A stretch of DNA of 64,000 bases from Octopus sinensis (lineage: Eukaryota). The stretch lies in NCBI RefSeq assembly GCF_006345805.1, contig NC_043004.1, positions 25,606,001-25,670,000 on the forward strand, written 5' to 3'. The translations under genes were made by a program, and so were the position numbers. The notes beneath the pieces were generated by a model. It saw only the letters and a program-made list of their open reading frames with translations. It was not told where the DNA came from and made no database searches. Of the stretch, positions 12,463-24,917 are shown piece after piece (positions within the stretch are counted from its first letter, which is position 1; every line of letters starts with the position of its first letter).

Positions 12463-12850
12463 TGAGGGTAAGTCAAAAATTACAGAGATGCATTATTGTT
12501 TCTGTAATTTTAATCAAAAGCAGGGATTTAACAATTACATCATTTTGTGACATAGTCTACTTGCTTTTCCATGCACTTCTTCCAGTGGTCCACAAGCTTG
12601 CTCATTCCATTGGAGAAGAAGGTTTCCAACTGGTTGCACACTCATTTATGCATTGTTTCTTGTGCTTCTTTGTCTGTAACAAATCAATGATCTTGTAAAG
12701 GATATTTGAGCAGTCCAAAGGGATGATAGTTGGGAGAGGCGAGATCTGGACTGTATGCACAGTGTTCCAACAACTCAAAACCCAGTTTTTCAATGGTATC
12801 AACAGTGTGGGTGGCCACATGTGGGCATGTATTGTCGTGCAATAATAACA
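12463..12850 (-). mobile_element. Mariner 3' fragment with TIR
   Basis: LLHDN.CPH, AYSPDLAS.NYH and terminal KQVDYV; TA-TGAGGGTAAGTCAAAAA terminus. Confidence 0.85.
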
Positions 12851-13029
12851 CTTGCTTTGGTAATAAGGTGCTTGGACAATTCATCTCCAGTTATTTCGTT
12901 GTTGGTTAATTTGTCCTTGTTCAATTCATCGTTGATCAGTTCATCCCCAGGTCAATTCGTCCCAAAATAGTCTTAAATGTGATTTTCAAGGGAAAGTTTA
13001 GAACAATCTATTAAGTTTAAAAATAACTA

Positions 13030-13262
13030 TTATAATAACAACAACATTAACGATGACGACAGCAACAACAACAACAAAATGATAACAACCACATCATTCA
13101 CACCACTATTAACAACGCCACCAATAACAATAATAATAGGCACAACACAAGCACTACCACCACCACCATCACCACCACCAACAACAACAATACCAGCAAC
13201 TATAACAACAACCACAATGATAATAACACTCTACACTCTGTTTTCTATAACCCTAACAACAA
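13030..13262. repeat. (AAC/ACC/AAT)n tract
   Basis: Direct reading. Confidence 0.9.
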
Positions 13263-13272
13263 ATCTTATGAC

Positions 13273-15120
13273 ATGACGAGAATCTATCCCACAGACTTAC
13301 CCTTTAACAAAAGAGTATGTATCCCACCCCAAATTGTGAGTGAAACAGAAGGAAAGATCTCCTTAGCGAGAAATAGACTCCGACATATCTTAGACCAATA
13401 CAACAAATCCACTAAAAAACATAGTGAGGAGGGGACCCACCAACTCAGCTCATTTGTTGACAAAGGCCTACAAAAACTAAAACAGCGGATTAGGAACAGA
13501 GAATTAGTGTGCCTCCCTACGGACAAGTCTGGCAGACTGTCAGTAGATAGCCCACAGAACTATGTCCAGACCATGCAACAACACATCAGTATCATGAGAG
13601 AAGTTACACCACAAGAACATGAAAGAGTAGAAAAACTCCTCAATGCACACATGGGAATGTGGTGCAACATACTCCAACCTACAAAAAGGATGGCACACAA
13701 TTTCCAGGCATCCAACAGTGATGATCCTACACTATACGGGTTACGCAAAGACCACAAACCTTATGTAAACCCTGTCGGGGGACCCCCAACCAGACCAGTT
13801 TGTGGAGCAAACGTCTCCAGCAACTATAGACTGTCCTACTTCCTCTCACAGGTATTGTGACCTCTCATAGAGATGTCTCCAGATGTCTATGTGAGTACAG
13901 AAGATCTCAGTAAAATCAGTACTTGCAACCACTCCAACTACCTCACAGGGGTAGTATTGATGTAATTTCACTCTACCCATCTGTAGACATAGATTTTGCT
14001 GTGGAGAAATGCATTCAAGCAATCTGTGAAAGTGAAGTGGAATTTCGTAAGGTGAACACTAGGGAACTGGGCCTCCTCCTCAGACTATGCTATGACAGTA
14101 ACTATTTAGATGACCATGACCTTAGTAGATTCTGCCCCACCAGGTCATTGAGGGGAAGACCACCCACCATCACTTCAGCGGTGAAGAAAAGCACCACAGA
14201 GGGCTGGAGTGGCTGGACCGCACCCATCCAAAACCCTGAGAACAACAATCAGGTGAAAGAAATGATTGCACATGCAATAGGGGCCAGCGTAAAAACCACC
14301 TTGAAAAACCACATAGTAAAGTTTAATAAAAAACTATACATGCAGGTTCAAGGTGCAGCCATTGGTGTTGGTGTAGCTGGAGATGTGGCTGGCCTCTTCA
14401 TGACCTGGTAGGACAGAAAATTTAAACAAATGTTAGCAGTACAGTCCACAACTATTCTACTCTACAGTAGATATGTAGATGACATTAATATCATAGTTAG
14501 GATCAACTCTGGTAACGGTGGTGTAGAAACTTAGAGGAACAAAATGGAGAACATCCAGTAAGTAGCTAACTCCATTCACCAAAGTATCAAGGTAACTATA
14601 GATTACCCCACTAAGTACCCCAACAATAGACTCCCTGTACTTGATACTGAACTTTGGTTAGAGACTGTGAACTTTGGTTAGAGACTGTGAACTTTGGTTA
14701 GAGACTGTGAACAATAGAGACTGTGAAACCCATAACTTCAAAATATGTTGTTCACAAGAACTCAGCTTTGTCACATAACATGAAAATTAGCATACTAATA
14801 GCAGACTTAGTTTGAATAATGAACAATGTGTCCCCACTATGCAAACCCTATGAAATGAAAAAACATATGCAGAACTTCATACACCGCATGCAGTTCTCTG
14901 GATATGATCAGAAAGATAGGGTTTGAGTATACAGGGGAGCTAGAAAGAAATTAGATAACATTATATGTAATGATATCAGTGGTACCTGCCTTAGATATAG
15001 AAACAAAGAATGGAATAAAATACAAAGAACTTGTGACAAAGCAAACAGGGTGAACACATGGTATAAAACCAACAAATATTAAGGAGTGATGTTTGTAGAG
15101 GCCACAGCCCATGGAGAACT
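13273..15120 (+). mobile_element. Penelope-like element reverse transcriptase, disrupted
   Basis: TDKSG, PTLYGLRKDHK, GPPTRPVCGA, IDVISLYPS, QVQGAAIG, RYVDD, LPVLDTEL motifs, with stops and frameshifts. Confidence 0.85.
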
Positions 15121-16077
15121 AGCTTGTTGTTCTTGTTTCAACCATGGCTGCCTCTGCATAGTTATTTGTGTTGTTGTTTACTTTGTAAAGCAGTAAGGGG
15201 AAAGGGTTGCTAGCACATCAACCTCTACCTACATTTTTCCCATCCACATCTTTACCATATGGGGCCCTCACAAAATCCGATAATAGGTATAGATGCAAAT
15301 CTATCTAATTACTTGTGCATAACTTGGTGATTGGTTGACTTACAATACCATTCTTCATTTTGAGTTTACTTGGTAGAGTGTGTTTGTTAACTTGACAACA
15401 AAATCAAGGTGAACTCTGGTTGTATGCAAATGAGTTCATTACTGAGGTTTGGAACTCTCATGGGAAAAAAATTTCATGTCCTACTCCCTCTTCATTGAAA
15501 TCAGAGTTTGATCTTGCAAACATCAATGAAACTGATTAAAATTTCTTGAATAAATTACCAATACATTTGTTAGCCACTCTGACCACCCCCCTCCCACACA
15601 CACATATATATAGCCGCACATACACAAACACACTCTGATAGTAGATCCTTGTTGTAGGAAACGGAATGGACAATATAAAAAGTAGAACATAAATAGGATC
15701 TTTGTTTATAGGTTGATTTGGTCATGGCGATAACATTATGAACATTGCTAGGAGAGCTGGACAATGTTGTTGCTCATGGAAGTTACAAATAGGACATTGA
15801 TGGGGAGGAGGTAAGTAAGGAGTGAGGGAAAGAGAAAAATCACTAGCTAAACTCTGCATTTCTCTGAATAACTCCCAGAGAACAGGCTTCATTGATTGCC
15901 TGTTTGAAATTCAATGAGGAGTTTTCCAGGAGTCTTTGTTGAATTTGGCCAAAAAAGATCTAAGATATAAATGTATCTCTAATACTCCCATTTTGACATC
16001 AGTAGTTACGGCATGAACATTTCAGTAAGGATTATATGCATATAATACTTACTCACACACACACACACACACACACA

Positions 16078-16107
<30 letters not shown>

Positions 16108-16108
<1 letters not shown>

Positions 16109-16275
16109 TGCAGGCATAGCAGTGTGGTTAAGAACCTTGGTTCTCAACTATTTGGCTTCATGTTCAATCGCAGTGCATTGCACCTTAGCAAGTGTCTTCT
16201 GCAATGGCATTGGGATGACAAAAGCCTCGTGAATGGATTTACTAAATAAAAATTGCAAGAAGCCCATTGTGTGTG
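16108..16275 (+). mobile_element. tRNA-derived SINE 5' part
   Basis: gcagtgtggttaag head, caccttagcaagtgtcttct, ends gaagcccattg(TG)n; same family as 50689. Confidence 0.7.
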
Positions 16276-16409
16276 TGTGTGTGAGAAGGAAGAGGAGTTA
16301 CAGATATATATCATAAAGGACAATGAGAAATTCCTATGCGACAACTTACTGAGAACCACAAACCAAATTTGTGACTGATGCAAAGTCCTAACCAGACCTA
16401 AGGTGACTT

Positions 16410-17490
16410 AATGGTAGAACAGTGTAGCCATAAGAGCTAAGAAACAGGTCTGGAAGGACTGGAAGAGTGAGGATAGCAGAGAACTAAATCGGGTAGATAG
16501 AAGAAAAGCTAAGTGACAGGTGTATTTAGCTAGGGTAGAAGCTGAAAGAAGAAGTTCGTCAATGTTCTGCTGCATTAAGACCAGAGGCATGAGGTGTTCC
16601 AGTTGCACGACAGTGTGTCAGAGAAAATCATGATGTAGGAGAGAATTGTGTTTGCACGGATGACAGCACATTTGTTCTTAGCAATTCTGCAAAGAAAGAA
16701 GCTTGGAAGTGTCACTCTGAAAGGTTGCTAAATGTAGAGAATGCATGAGAGAAGGAGAATCTGCCTATGTAGACCCAACAAAGGGACCATCTGTTCAAAT
16801 CAACAGTAGCCTGGTAGATAAAGCTATGAAGGATGCGAAAACAGTGAAAGCTCTTAGCCCATTAGGAACCACCACTGAGAGTGGTATATGGCCTAGTCAC
16901 CCATTTAGTTAATTAAATTGTTCATAAGGAAGTCATATCAATGACTAGTGTAGCAGCATTATAGTCAACTGTACAAAGGTAAAAGTGACATCTTAGACAG
17001 AAATAATTACAGAGGTATCAAATTGCTAGACCAGTTGAGTTAATTTAGCAAAGACCAAAGTCCTAGTAAGTAGGAAAACAGACATCATTGATCTCTCTCC
17101 CAGCCAAGTGGTCCTTATCTTGCAAGCTTTGGGTGCTGGTGCGACATAAAAAGCACTCATGCCAATGCCACATAAAATGCACTCATTCCAGTGCCACGTA
17201 GAAAGCACCTGCACCAGTGCCACATAGAAAGCAACCATGCCAGTGTTGCATAAAAAGCAACCAGGCTGGGATCATGCATAAAGCACTCATGCTGGTGTTG
17301 TGTATTAAGTACCCATGGCTGTTCCACATATAAAGCACCTGTACTGATGTCATGTAAAAAGCATCCAGTACACTCTGTAAAGTAGTTGGCATTAAGAAAG
17401 GTATCCAGCTGTAGAAGCCATACCAAAACAGACAAGTGAAGCCTGCTGTCAAACTGTCTAACTCATGCCAGCATGGAAAATAGATGTTAA
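16410..17490 (+). mobile_element. RTE LINE remnant (pre-RT/RT start joined to 3' tail)
   Basis: KKEAWK...LLNVENA, KGK.D.LDRNNYRGIKLLDQ, NLAKTKVLVS; tail catgccagcatggaaaa. Confidence 0.8.
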
Positions 17491-17519
17491 ATAGTAATGG
17501 GGAAGAGGATGAATATCCA

Positions 17520-18320
17520 CCTATGTACTTCTGTCAACTACAATTCCTACTGATTCCTACTCCTATTCCTCTTACTCTTCTGGCCCCCAAAATCTGCCAT
17601 ATCATTCTTGCTCAATTCCTTCACCTTCATCAACTCTGCAGCATTGATTTCTATTTCAAATCCGAATGCAAAAGAATGCAACAATTCTCCTTGTATTGAG
17701 AACACCCTTGATCAGTTGTGGACCTTGCACTTTGCTAGGCCCAAGCCATTGTCCATGCTACCACTCTGTTACTCTCTTTATGCATACCTACAGACTGTGT
17801 TCCACTTTCTCACTGTCCACCACTCTATCCTTTCATAGAAAGATAAACTCATTTGCAACTTCCAAATTCTATTCTTAGAACCCCTACACACACACACACA
17901 CAAAAATGCACCAATCTTTTCTGTATCACCTCTTCTTGAAACTTTTGAAACCTCTTAGTAAGAAGCTCCACAGCAGCCAGCCCCTTACAATCAGGCACTC
18001 ACTGACAAGACAACACCTACCCCTACATTAGCAACACTACAACCATTACTGGGCCTCAGTTACAATATCACATTACCCAGAACATCTGTTGCACATCATC
18101 CAAACTTATATAGTATACCATATGCAAACTTTGTGATGCTTTTCATATTGGGGAAACAGACTGGTAGCTTAACAATGACTTTCAGGAGCACATTCAAAGC
18201 ATACTACTGTGTATACCAGGTCAACCTGTCTTGTCTGTTGTGGATGTGTCTCGAAGAGTCTGTCAGGCATGCTATTGGCTGACTGCATGTATGCATGACA
18301 AGACGTAACTGGTCAACGTA
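17520..18320 (+). mobile_element. Penelope-like thumb plus GIY-YIG fragment with decayed pLTR
   Basis: AQFLHLHQLCS, NFQIL, LLVRSS, TICKLCDAFHIGET..FQEHIQSI. Confidence 0.75.
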
Positions 18321-18459
18321 GCAGTAGCTAGCTGAGCATTATTGTGTAATTCTGCAGTTTGAGTTGTGTCCACTTACAACGTTGTCAAATTACAGACAGT
18401 CTTACACTGTCAACAACATCAGTGTACGTTATTGGTTAATCAAATTATTGCTTATCATT

Positions 18460-19750
18460 ATGGAAGGTGAAGACGTTTTTGTTCAGCCTGAGGATGAAGG
18501 GCTTGTTGAGGAGTCTCCAATGTCTGTGGGTGAGGTGGAGGTTGCTCAGATTGAGAGCCAAGAATCTCAGAAACCGTGGCCCCACCTGGAGGACTACTTT
18601 GTCCTTATGTCAAGGGGTAAGAGGAACACCAAAATTCTGTACTTCTAATGCATCATGTACCAGCCCAAGGAGACCACCCTCAAGGAACAAGTGGTAAAAT
18701 CCAGGGATAAGACAAGGCCGTGTCAGGAACCTTCTGCCAACTGTAGTGGCTACCATAATGAAGATGAAGGAGGCCAAGTTCAAACATCTGCACTGCAGTC
18801 CTCTGGCTGATGCAATACTGTCAGGCATCATGAAAAGGTTTGGGATCCTCCTAGAAGACCTGGTGTGCCAGCTGGCCACTACCCTCCACCACAAATTTTG
18901 CCTGTTCTGGCTGGAGCAGTATAATAATAGCCAGGTTAGCAGTGACAAATGCCATGGTGGCCGTCTTAGAGACAGCACCTAATGGAGACCAATGAGGAGT
19001 GCAGCAGTACCATCAGCAATGAAGATGAAGAAGATGATTTCTTCAGTAACATCACTTGGTTCCAGGAGAGCAGGGGCCACAGATCAAGGCACATAACCTG
19101 GAGGCCGTCTTAAAGGAGGTCCTGACTGAAGTCGCCTTTTTAGGCAAGCATGTCTTTATTGACTACCATATCCCAGCCAGTGCTGCAGTTGAGTGTCTAT
19201 TTTCTATAAGCAATGATATTTTGAGGGCCAAGAGAGCCACCTTGTCATATGGTAACTTTGAGAGGCTGATGTTTATGAAGGACAACTAGCATCATGTCAT
19301 GATGATGGAGAAGGCCCAGTCAGAGTAGTACACTTTGATCATCATCTGATCTTGGCATGATACCTATGCCATACTATATCTTTTGATTCATTTAATACTT
19401 TTTGTACTGTAAATAAAGTGTATGTTCACTGAAAAACAAATGTTTAATTTCACTTGTTCATTTAATTATTTGTGTACAGCTAGATCATCACCTGATCTTG
19501 GTTTGCTGGGCTTTTTGGAAAGCTCTATGTCTAAGCTATAACATGAAAATTTCAACTCTCTAGGTCTGTTTTTTTAAGTTTTAGAGCAAAAAAAAAAAAA
19601 AAAACTGAAGCTAAATTCATATAATAAAAGTTACTGGCTATCAGTTAGTGTTAGTTTCTGCTAATTTTTTTTTACCTGTTTAGTGGTTTACCTGTTTAGT
19701 GGATTAGCGGTTAGTGAAGCTAACTTTTTGGTTAGCTATGCCCACCACTG
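18460..19750 (+). mobile_element. hAT transposon remnant (BED-finger start, dimerisation domain, right end)
   Basis: PWPHLEDYF..ILYF, PASAAVECLFS..ILRAKRATLSYGNFERLMFMKDN*. Right terminus TGCCCACCACTG at 19750; left TIR not found. Confidence 0.8.
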
Positions 19751-21311
19751 TCAGTTATCTTTCCATTCACTCAATCATTAAATCACTCCCTTTCTCCTTC
19801 ATCTACTTATATTTTACTATTTATTTCTGAATTCATCTAAACACTTACTATATGTATGCAATTACAGAACCAGACCTCTTAGCTCACTTCCAGAAATCCA
19901 GAATTACCTAGAAGCTGGCTACCTTTGAAATTGGCTATTTTTCAATTTTGAGGGCTAGCTATAGTTCACCACATGGCCACATTGTTGGTTAATTTGCAGA
20001 CGGTTTGTTAAAAATAATTTTGTTCTGTCCTTTTGTAAATGGAATATCAAAGATTAAGTATAGAAATGTATTAATTTGTATCTGTTAAAATTTTTTCTCC
20101 ATTTAATTTTCATCCTATAAACATTATACTCTCAGTGGATTAATAATTATCAAACAGATCCAGCTTTAGAAGTATATTAATTTGAATCTGTTAAATACAA
20201 AAGAGTTCTTTACTCATTATAGCTTATTTTAAACACATATGTAGTTTATTCTAAATGCATATGTAGGTTGTCTTCAGAAAACTCTAAAATCCAGAAATCT
20301 AGGCCATTTCTGGTCCCAAGCTTGCCAGATAATTGGTCTGGTACTGTATTACAAACTTTGTGCATTCTATTTGTTCTACTTATTCTACTTATTCACATGA
20401 ACAAATCAATGCTGGTGTGTTTACATCCTTGTATCTTAGCACTTCAGCAAAAGAGACTGATAGAATAAGTACTAAAGGCAGTGCTCCAGCATGGCCACAG
20501 TCAAATGACTGAAACAAGTAAAAGAGTATTCATGCTGGCAAGCAGTGTCACAATCCACTGTAAATTCTAGATCCAATGTAGGGAAGATTCCAGGTGTGGT
20601 GTTTACATAAAGAAAGAACACAAATGTGTTGAAGTTCACTACAGCTGTTTCAGACATGTTTTTTTATTGATGAATATACCTATTACATTGTAAAAAAAAA
20701 ATTTACTTCAGGTGAATTGAAAATTAAAAATTAAAAATTTGGTTCAGAGAAAATATATAAGGAACGTGTGATGACCTGCTCATTTTGGCAACAGGTTAGA
20801 CTAACACGCACACAACTGTCTGTCTATGAGTATCTATCTATCTATTTATCTATTTATCTATCTGTCTGTCTATCTATTTATCTATCTGTCTATCCTTTCA
20901 GCCAACAGTTAGTGTAAGATCTGCTGTATCCAAACAGCTCCATTCTAGCCGAACCAGTTCATTTCTTCTCCAAGCAGTCACCACAGGAAAACATCATAAC
21001 TGCACAACATCTGGGACATTCCTCAGAGAAGAAAACTTTTGTCATAAGGTATTTCACATTTTCTTTTTGACACATCTCTTCCTCCACCTCTCTCTCTCTC
21101 TCTCTCTCAGAGTTCTACATTTCCTAGCTCTCTTATCTCTCCCTTCTCTGATTCATATGTGTGTGTTGGTAAACTGGACAAAACAAGTCAATAGGAGAAA
21201 AGACCAACACTATTACACCAGACTCTACTCACCTTCAGCCCTATTGTATATTGGACACATTGCATTTTATACATGTAACAACAAAAATAAGTGGCTTGTG
21301 TGTATGTGTGT

Positions 21312-21371
<60 letters not shown>

Positions 21372-21779
21372 CTTTTTTTGATAAGGTTCATTTCAGGAAC
21401 TGAAACATGTTATAATGTATATATAAAAATTAAAAATTGTATAATACAGCAGCATTTTCGAACTTCATTTTTTACAAATATATATATATATGTATATGAA
21501 AGGCACCTTGAACAAGTGTCTCCTACTACAGCATCAGGATGACCAATACCATGTGAATGAAATTAGTTGATAGAAGCCTGTTGTGTGTCTATGTGTTGTA
21601 TTTGTCCCCCACCACTGCTTGACCACTGGTGTTAGTTTGTTTATGCCTTCTCTCATAAATTAGCAGTTCAACAAAAGAAACCAATAGAGTAAGTACCAGA
21701 CCTGTATAAAAATGACTGCTGTAAATCCATTCAGCTAAAACCCTTCAGGGCGATGTGCCAGCTTGGCCAGACTCAACAA

Positions 21780-21990
21780 ATGCATCTCCTGCAGAAATAT
21801 TTAACCAAAAATGTACTTCTGCAACAGAAGCTGTGTAAGGCAGCCTTTTCCTGAGCAGAAGGTACACTGGGTGTCAGGGAGCAAGTCATTATCTTCTAGG
21901 AGCATGACCAGCTTCCTCCTGACAATTTGTTTCATAACTTTGCAAACATGTGAGGCTAGAGAAACAGGTCTATAATTGTTAGCATCTGTT
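21780..21990 (-). mobile_element. CR1-like RT fragment
   Basis: NNYRPVSLASHVCKVMKQIVR..LLEDNDLLPDTQ..GKGCLTQLL. Confidence 0.8.
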
Positions 21991-22059
21991 CTGCTCTACT
22001 TCCTCCTTTATGGATAGAACATATTCTATATAGTTAGGGATGACGCCTTCTTGAATAAC

Positions 22060-22530
22060 CTGATTAACTATATGGGTTACTAGACCATGTCCTACTCCAG
22101 CAGTATATTAAGCATCTCAATGGTAATTCTTGATGGACAGGGTCTTTCCCTGTCTTCATATCTTTGATTGCCTTATCCATCATACTGCTGGCAACTAGGC
22201 TGGCTGGTCCCTCTGTTGGCTTCACATTGGGAAGACTACCTTAGTCCCATTCATTCTCCATATTTATTAACTATTCGATTATATACCTCATTCTTTTCAG
22301 AGTTGCTAAGGGCAAGCATACCATTATCTGTCCGTACACACTTCTCATCCACAACCTCTCAATACTCTCTGATACACTGTCTTAGCAACCTGGAATACTT
22401 CTCATCTATGATCATCATGTTGCAAGACATTAGTAAACCTCTTCCCTTTTGTTTCTACCCTTGCTAGATAAACCTGTTGTTTAGATGCCTTTCTATAGCT
22501 CTTTGCAGCCTCCATTTGAATAAATGCAGC
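22060..22530 (-). mobile_element. RTE LINE fragment, same family as 16410
   Basis: Reverse-complement similarity to 16480-16920. Confidence 0.65.
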
Positions 22531-23280
22531 TGGAGTGGTGTGATGGGGTTAGAGAGATTGGTAGGAGGAAGACAGGGTGATTGTAGAGGGTTTATTGGAA
22601 ATCAGAGAGAATGCTGGATGGCAATGAAGATGAGTAATGGTGAGGAAGAAGAAGTAATGAGCAATTGGGAGAGAGTAACTAGAAAGAGTGACAGCTGAGA
22701 AACTTTCTGTTTTGACAATTAATCTGCTTGATTAATTAATATCACATTCAAATTCTTTTACCATCATAGAAATTGATGAATTTACTGGCTAAAGTAATCC
22801 TGAATAAAAATGATGTCAAAAATTGAAGTGGAAATACTGGTTAAACAATAAAAATTTGTCATATGTAAAGAAACATAAGTTTGTTTTTGAAGCATTGAAA
22901 TGTATTGTAGAACAAGTAGAAAGATATAATTTTTCAATACATAAATACTGAACAGTATATACAAAGGATAAAATCCTTTAAGAACAGAAAAATTTGCTGA
23001 CAAATTTTTCTGCTCTTAAAAGGATGTTGAAATAATATGTCTTTCTACTTGTTCTACAATAAAAATTTGATTTTCAGCAATGATCAAAAACATTTTCAGC
23101 CTAACACTGTATATGGACAGTTTGAAGATAACAAATGACACACAGATTGAAATTTCTAGACTCGAGTTTCCCAATCTGTCATCAATATAAATATAATCAA
23201 TTCAATTTACCAAAGTTCAATATCATTATGGTCCACATAAATAGAAATTCTCAGTTTTTCATAATTTTAGAATATCTCAA

Positions 23281-23300
23281 ATTTCTTTTATATCTTTCAG
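23281..23300 (+). promoter_or_regulatory. 3' splice acceptor for the exon carrying the 128-aa ORF (implies an upstream 5'UTR exon)
   Basis: ATTTCTTTTATATCTTTCAG/ATT polypyrimidine tract plus CAG. Confidence 0.6.
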
Positions 23301-23338
23301 ATTAAAACCAATGATTATCTGAACTGTCAACATTCCAC

Positions 23339-23725
23339 ATGGCTGCTAAGAAGAAAGATGATACTCAAGATACTGCATATTACAGGCGGAACTGTCAGAC
23401 AACCTATGGATGGTATGGCTCACCTGGTTCAAATTCTTTAGGCCGTGCTGGACGTTCATCTCGACGTAACTGTGACCGGTTTAATGAAAAAAAGTTACCC
23501 CGTCCGGAATCATCAAATTATATTTATGAAGGAGGACTTTTCTCACAACCATGTTCACCCCGACGGGATTATTTTGTAATACACCCTGAATGGGTATCTG
23601 AGGGGGCGACTCATGTAAGACTGAACAGAGACAAGAAAAACCGAACTGGTACTTGGCCAGGTCGGCGTTGTCGTAGTGCCCCACCCCCAACTTATCGGAA
23701 TCCAATAACTTGGGAACCAAATTAA
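23339..23725 (+). CDS. 128-aa basic protein of unrecognised family, single coding exon
   Basis: Uninterrupted ATG-TAA ORF, visibly richer in GC and CpG than its flanks, non-repetitive and with no transposon motif. In-frame stops lie upstream of the ATG and a strong acceptor sits 38 nt upstream. Motif-like segment GGLFSQPCSPRRDYFVIHPEWVSE. Confidence 0.75.
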   Translation: MAAKKKDDTQDTAYYRRNCQTTYGWYGSPGSNSLGRAGRSSRRNCDRFNEKKLPRPESSNYIYEGGLFSQPCSPRRDYFVIHPEWVSEGATHVRLNRDKKNRTGTWPGRRCRSAPPPTYRNPITWEPN

Positions 23726-24171
23726 TGTCTAGTGTAATAATAGCAAATGTCTTTGGATTCTTTTTTTTAAATGTTTTTTTTAATTTGTTTCTTTTGCAAA
23801 AAAGAAAACAAAATGAAAAAAAGAAAATTCAGGCTGAGCTTCTAAGAAAGGGTGGAATTAAACAAATATACAACATGACTTGTAAGAAAACTGTAAGGTA
23901 AAGTCAAATACACACAACATAAATTTTAAGAAAGAATGGAAAATGTAAACTATATAAATTTTTTTTTTAATTTCGAGAATTAAGATATTAAAAAATATGT
24001 AAAACAAACTTTACTGCATCTGCGACAAATAGTAATAGCAAAACTAATATGAAATTTATGATAGATTTTTTACAGACACAAGTATAAATCTCTACCTAAT
24101 ATGCATACAAAGTTACACATCAACCTCTTTCTCATAAATATATACATATCTATACATGCATGCAAACAAAT

Positions 24172-24202
<31 letters not shown>

Positions 24203-24247
24203 CATAAGTATATGAAAGAATGGAGTTGAACGACTAGTTAACAAATA

Positions 24248-24345
24248 TCCTTTATTCTCGACATATGTTTCGAAGGCTGCATATTGCTAATTCCGAAGGA
24301 ATAAGGAGTACATTATGCAGATTTCTCTTCAGGAAATAATTTGTG
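24248..24345 (-). ncRNA. Mirror-image type I hammerhead motif on the minus strand
   Basis: Exact reverse complement of the 24380-24464 core. It has a different stem I 5' strand (ttatttc), which pairs with gagaataa only with one bulge. Confidence 0.6.
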
Positions 24346-24367
24346 CATTTTGATGTCGACATAAGTT

Positions 24368-24464
24368 TCCTTGATTTTTCTGAAGAGAAATCTGCATAAT
24401 GTACTCCTTATTCCTTCGGAATTAGCAATATGCAGCCTTCGAAACATATGTCGAGAATAAAGGA
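24368..24464 (+). ncRNA. Type I hammerhead ribozyme motif, canonical core, GUC cleavage site after 24452
   Basis: CTGAAGA at 24380-86. Stem II closed by G24387-C24440, with CTGCATA/TATGCAG. GAAAC at 24441-45, palindromic stem III ACATATGT, then GTC. Stem I 24368-79 pairs with 24453-64 (11 of 12 pairs including GU). Confidence 0.8.
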
Positions 24465-24692
24465 TATTTGTTAACTAGTCGTTCAACTCCATTCTTTCAT
24501 ATACTTATAATTTTAAAATAAACATACAAATTTCCGCACGAAGACACGTAGTCTATGCCCTAGCGACGTAGCTTCAACTGTGTTCTTTCTGATGTGAATT
24601 TGCTATCCAGGTATCGGTTATCTTTCGAATTATCCTTAATAAGATAATTCATTCAATTACTCAAATATATATATACATATATATGTATATAC

Positions 24693-24732
<40 letters not shown>

Positions 24733-24917
24733 TATATATACATATATATGTATATACATTTATATATATATATACAATTAGAAATAGTACATTTCTAAAT
24801 CTCTCAGAGAGATTTATGCAGTAGTGATATGATAAAGTAGTTGTATGCTGTCAACCTAATATGACAGTCCCATGAAGGGAATAATACTACTGCTATTTAG
24901 CCCTAGGAAGCAGCACC

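Larger units (their letters stand above)
24204..24508. repeat. Perfect inverted repeat, 129-bp arms (24204-24332 and 24380-24508), 47-nt spacer; Penelope-like pLTR foldback
   Basis: Base-by-base comparison of the arms found no mismatch. (AT)n tracts lie on both sides of the element. Confidence 0.95.

Noticed and set aside
14648-14728. CRISPR-like short repeats (also 3848-4140, 30100-30295)
   Set aside because: Tandem units without unique spacers, eukaryotic context, no cas genes.
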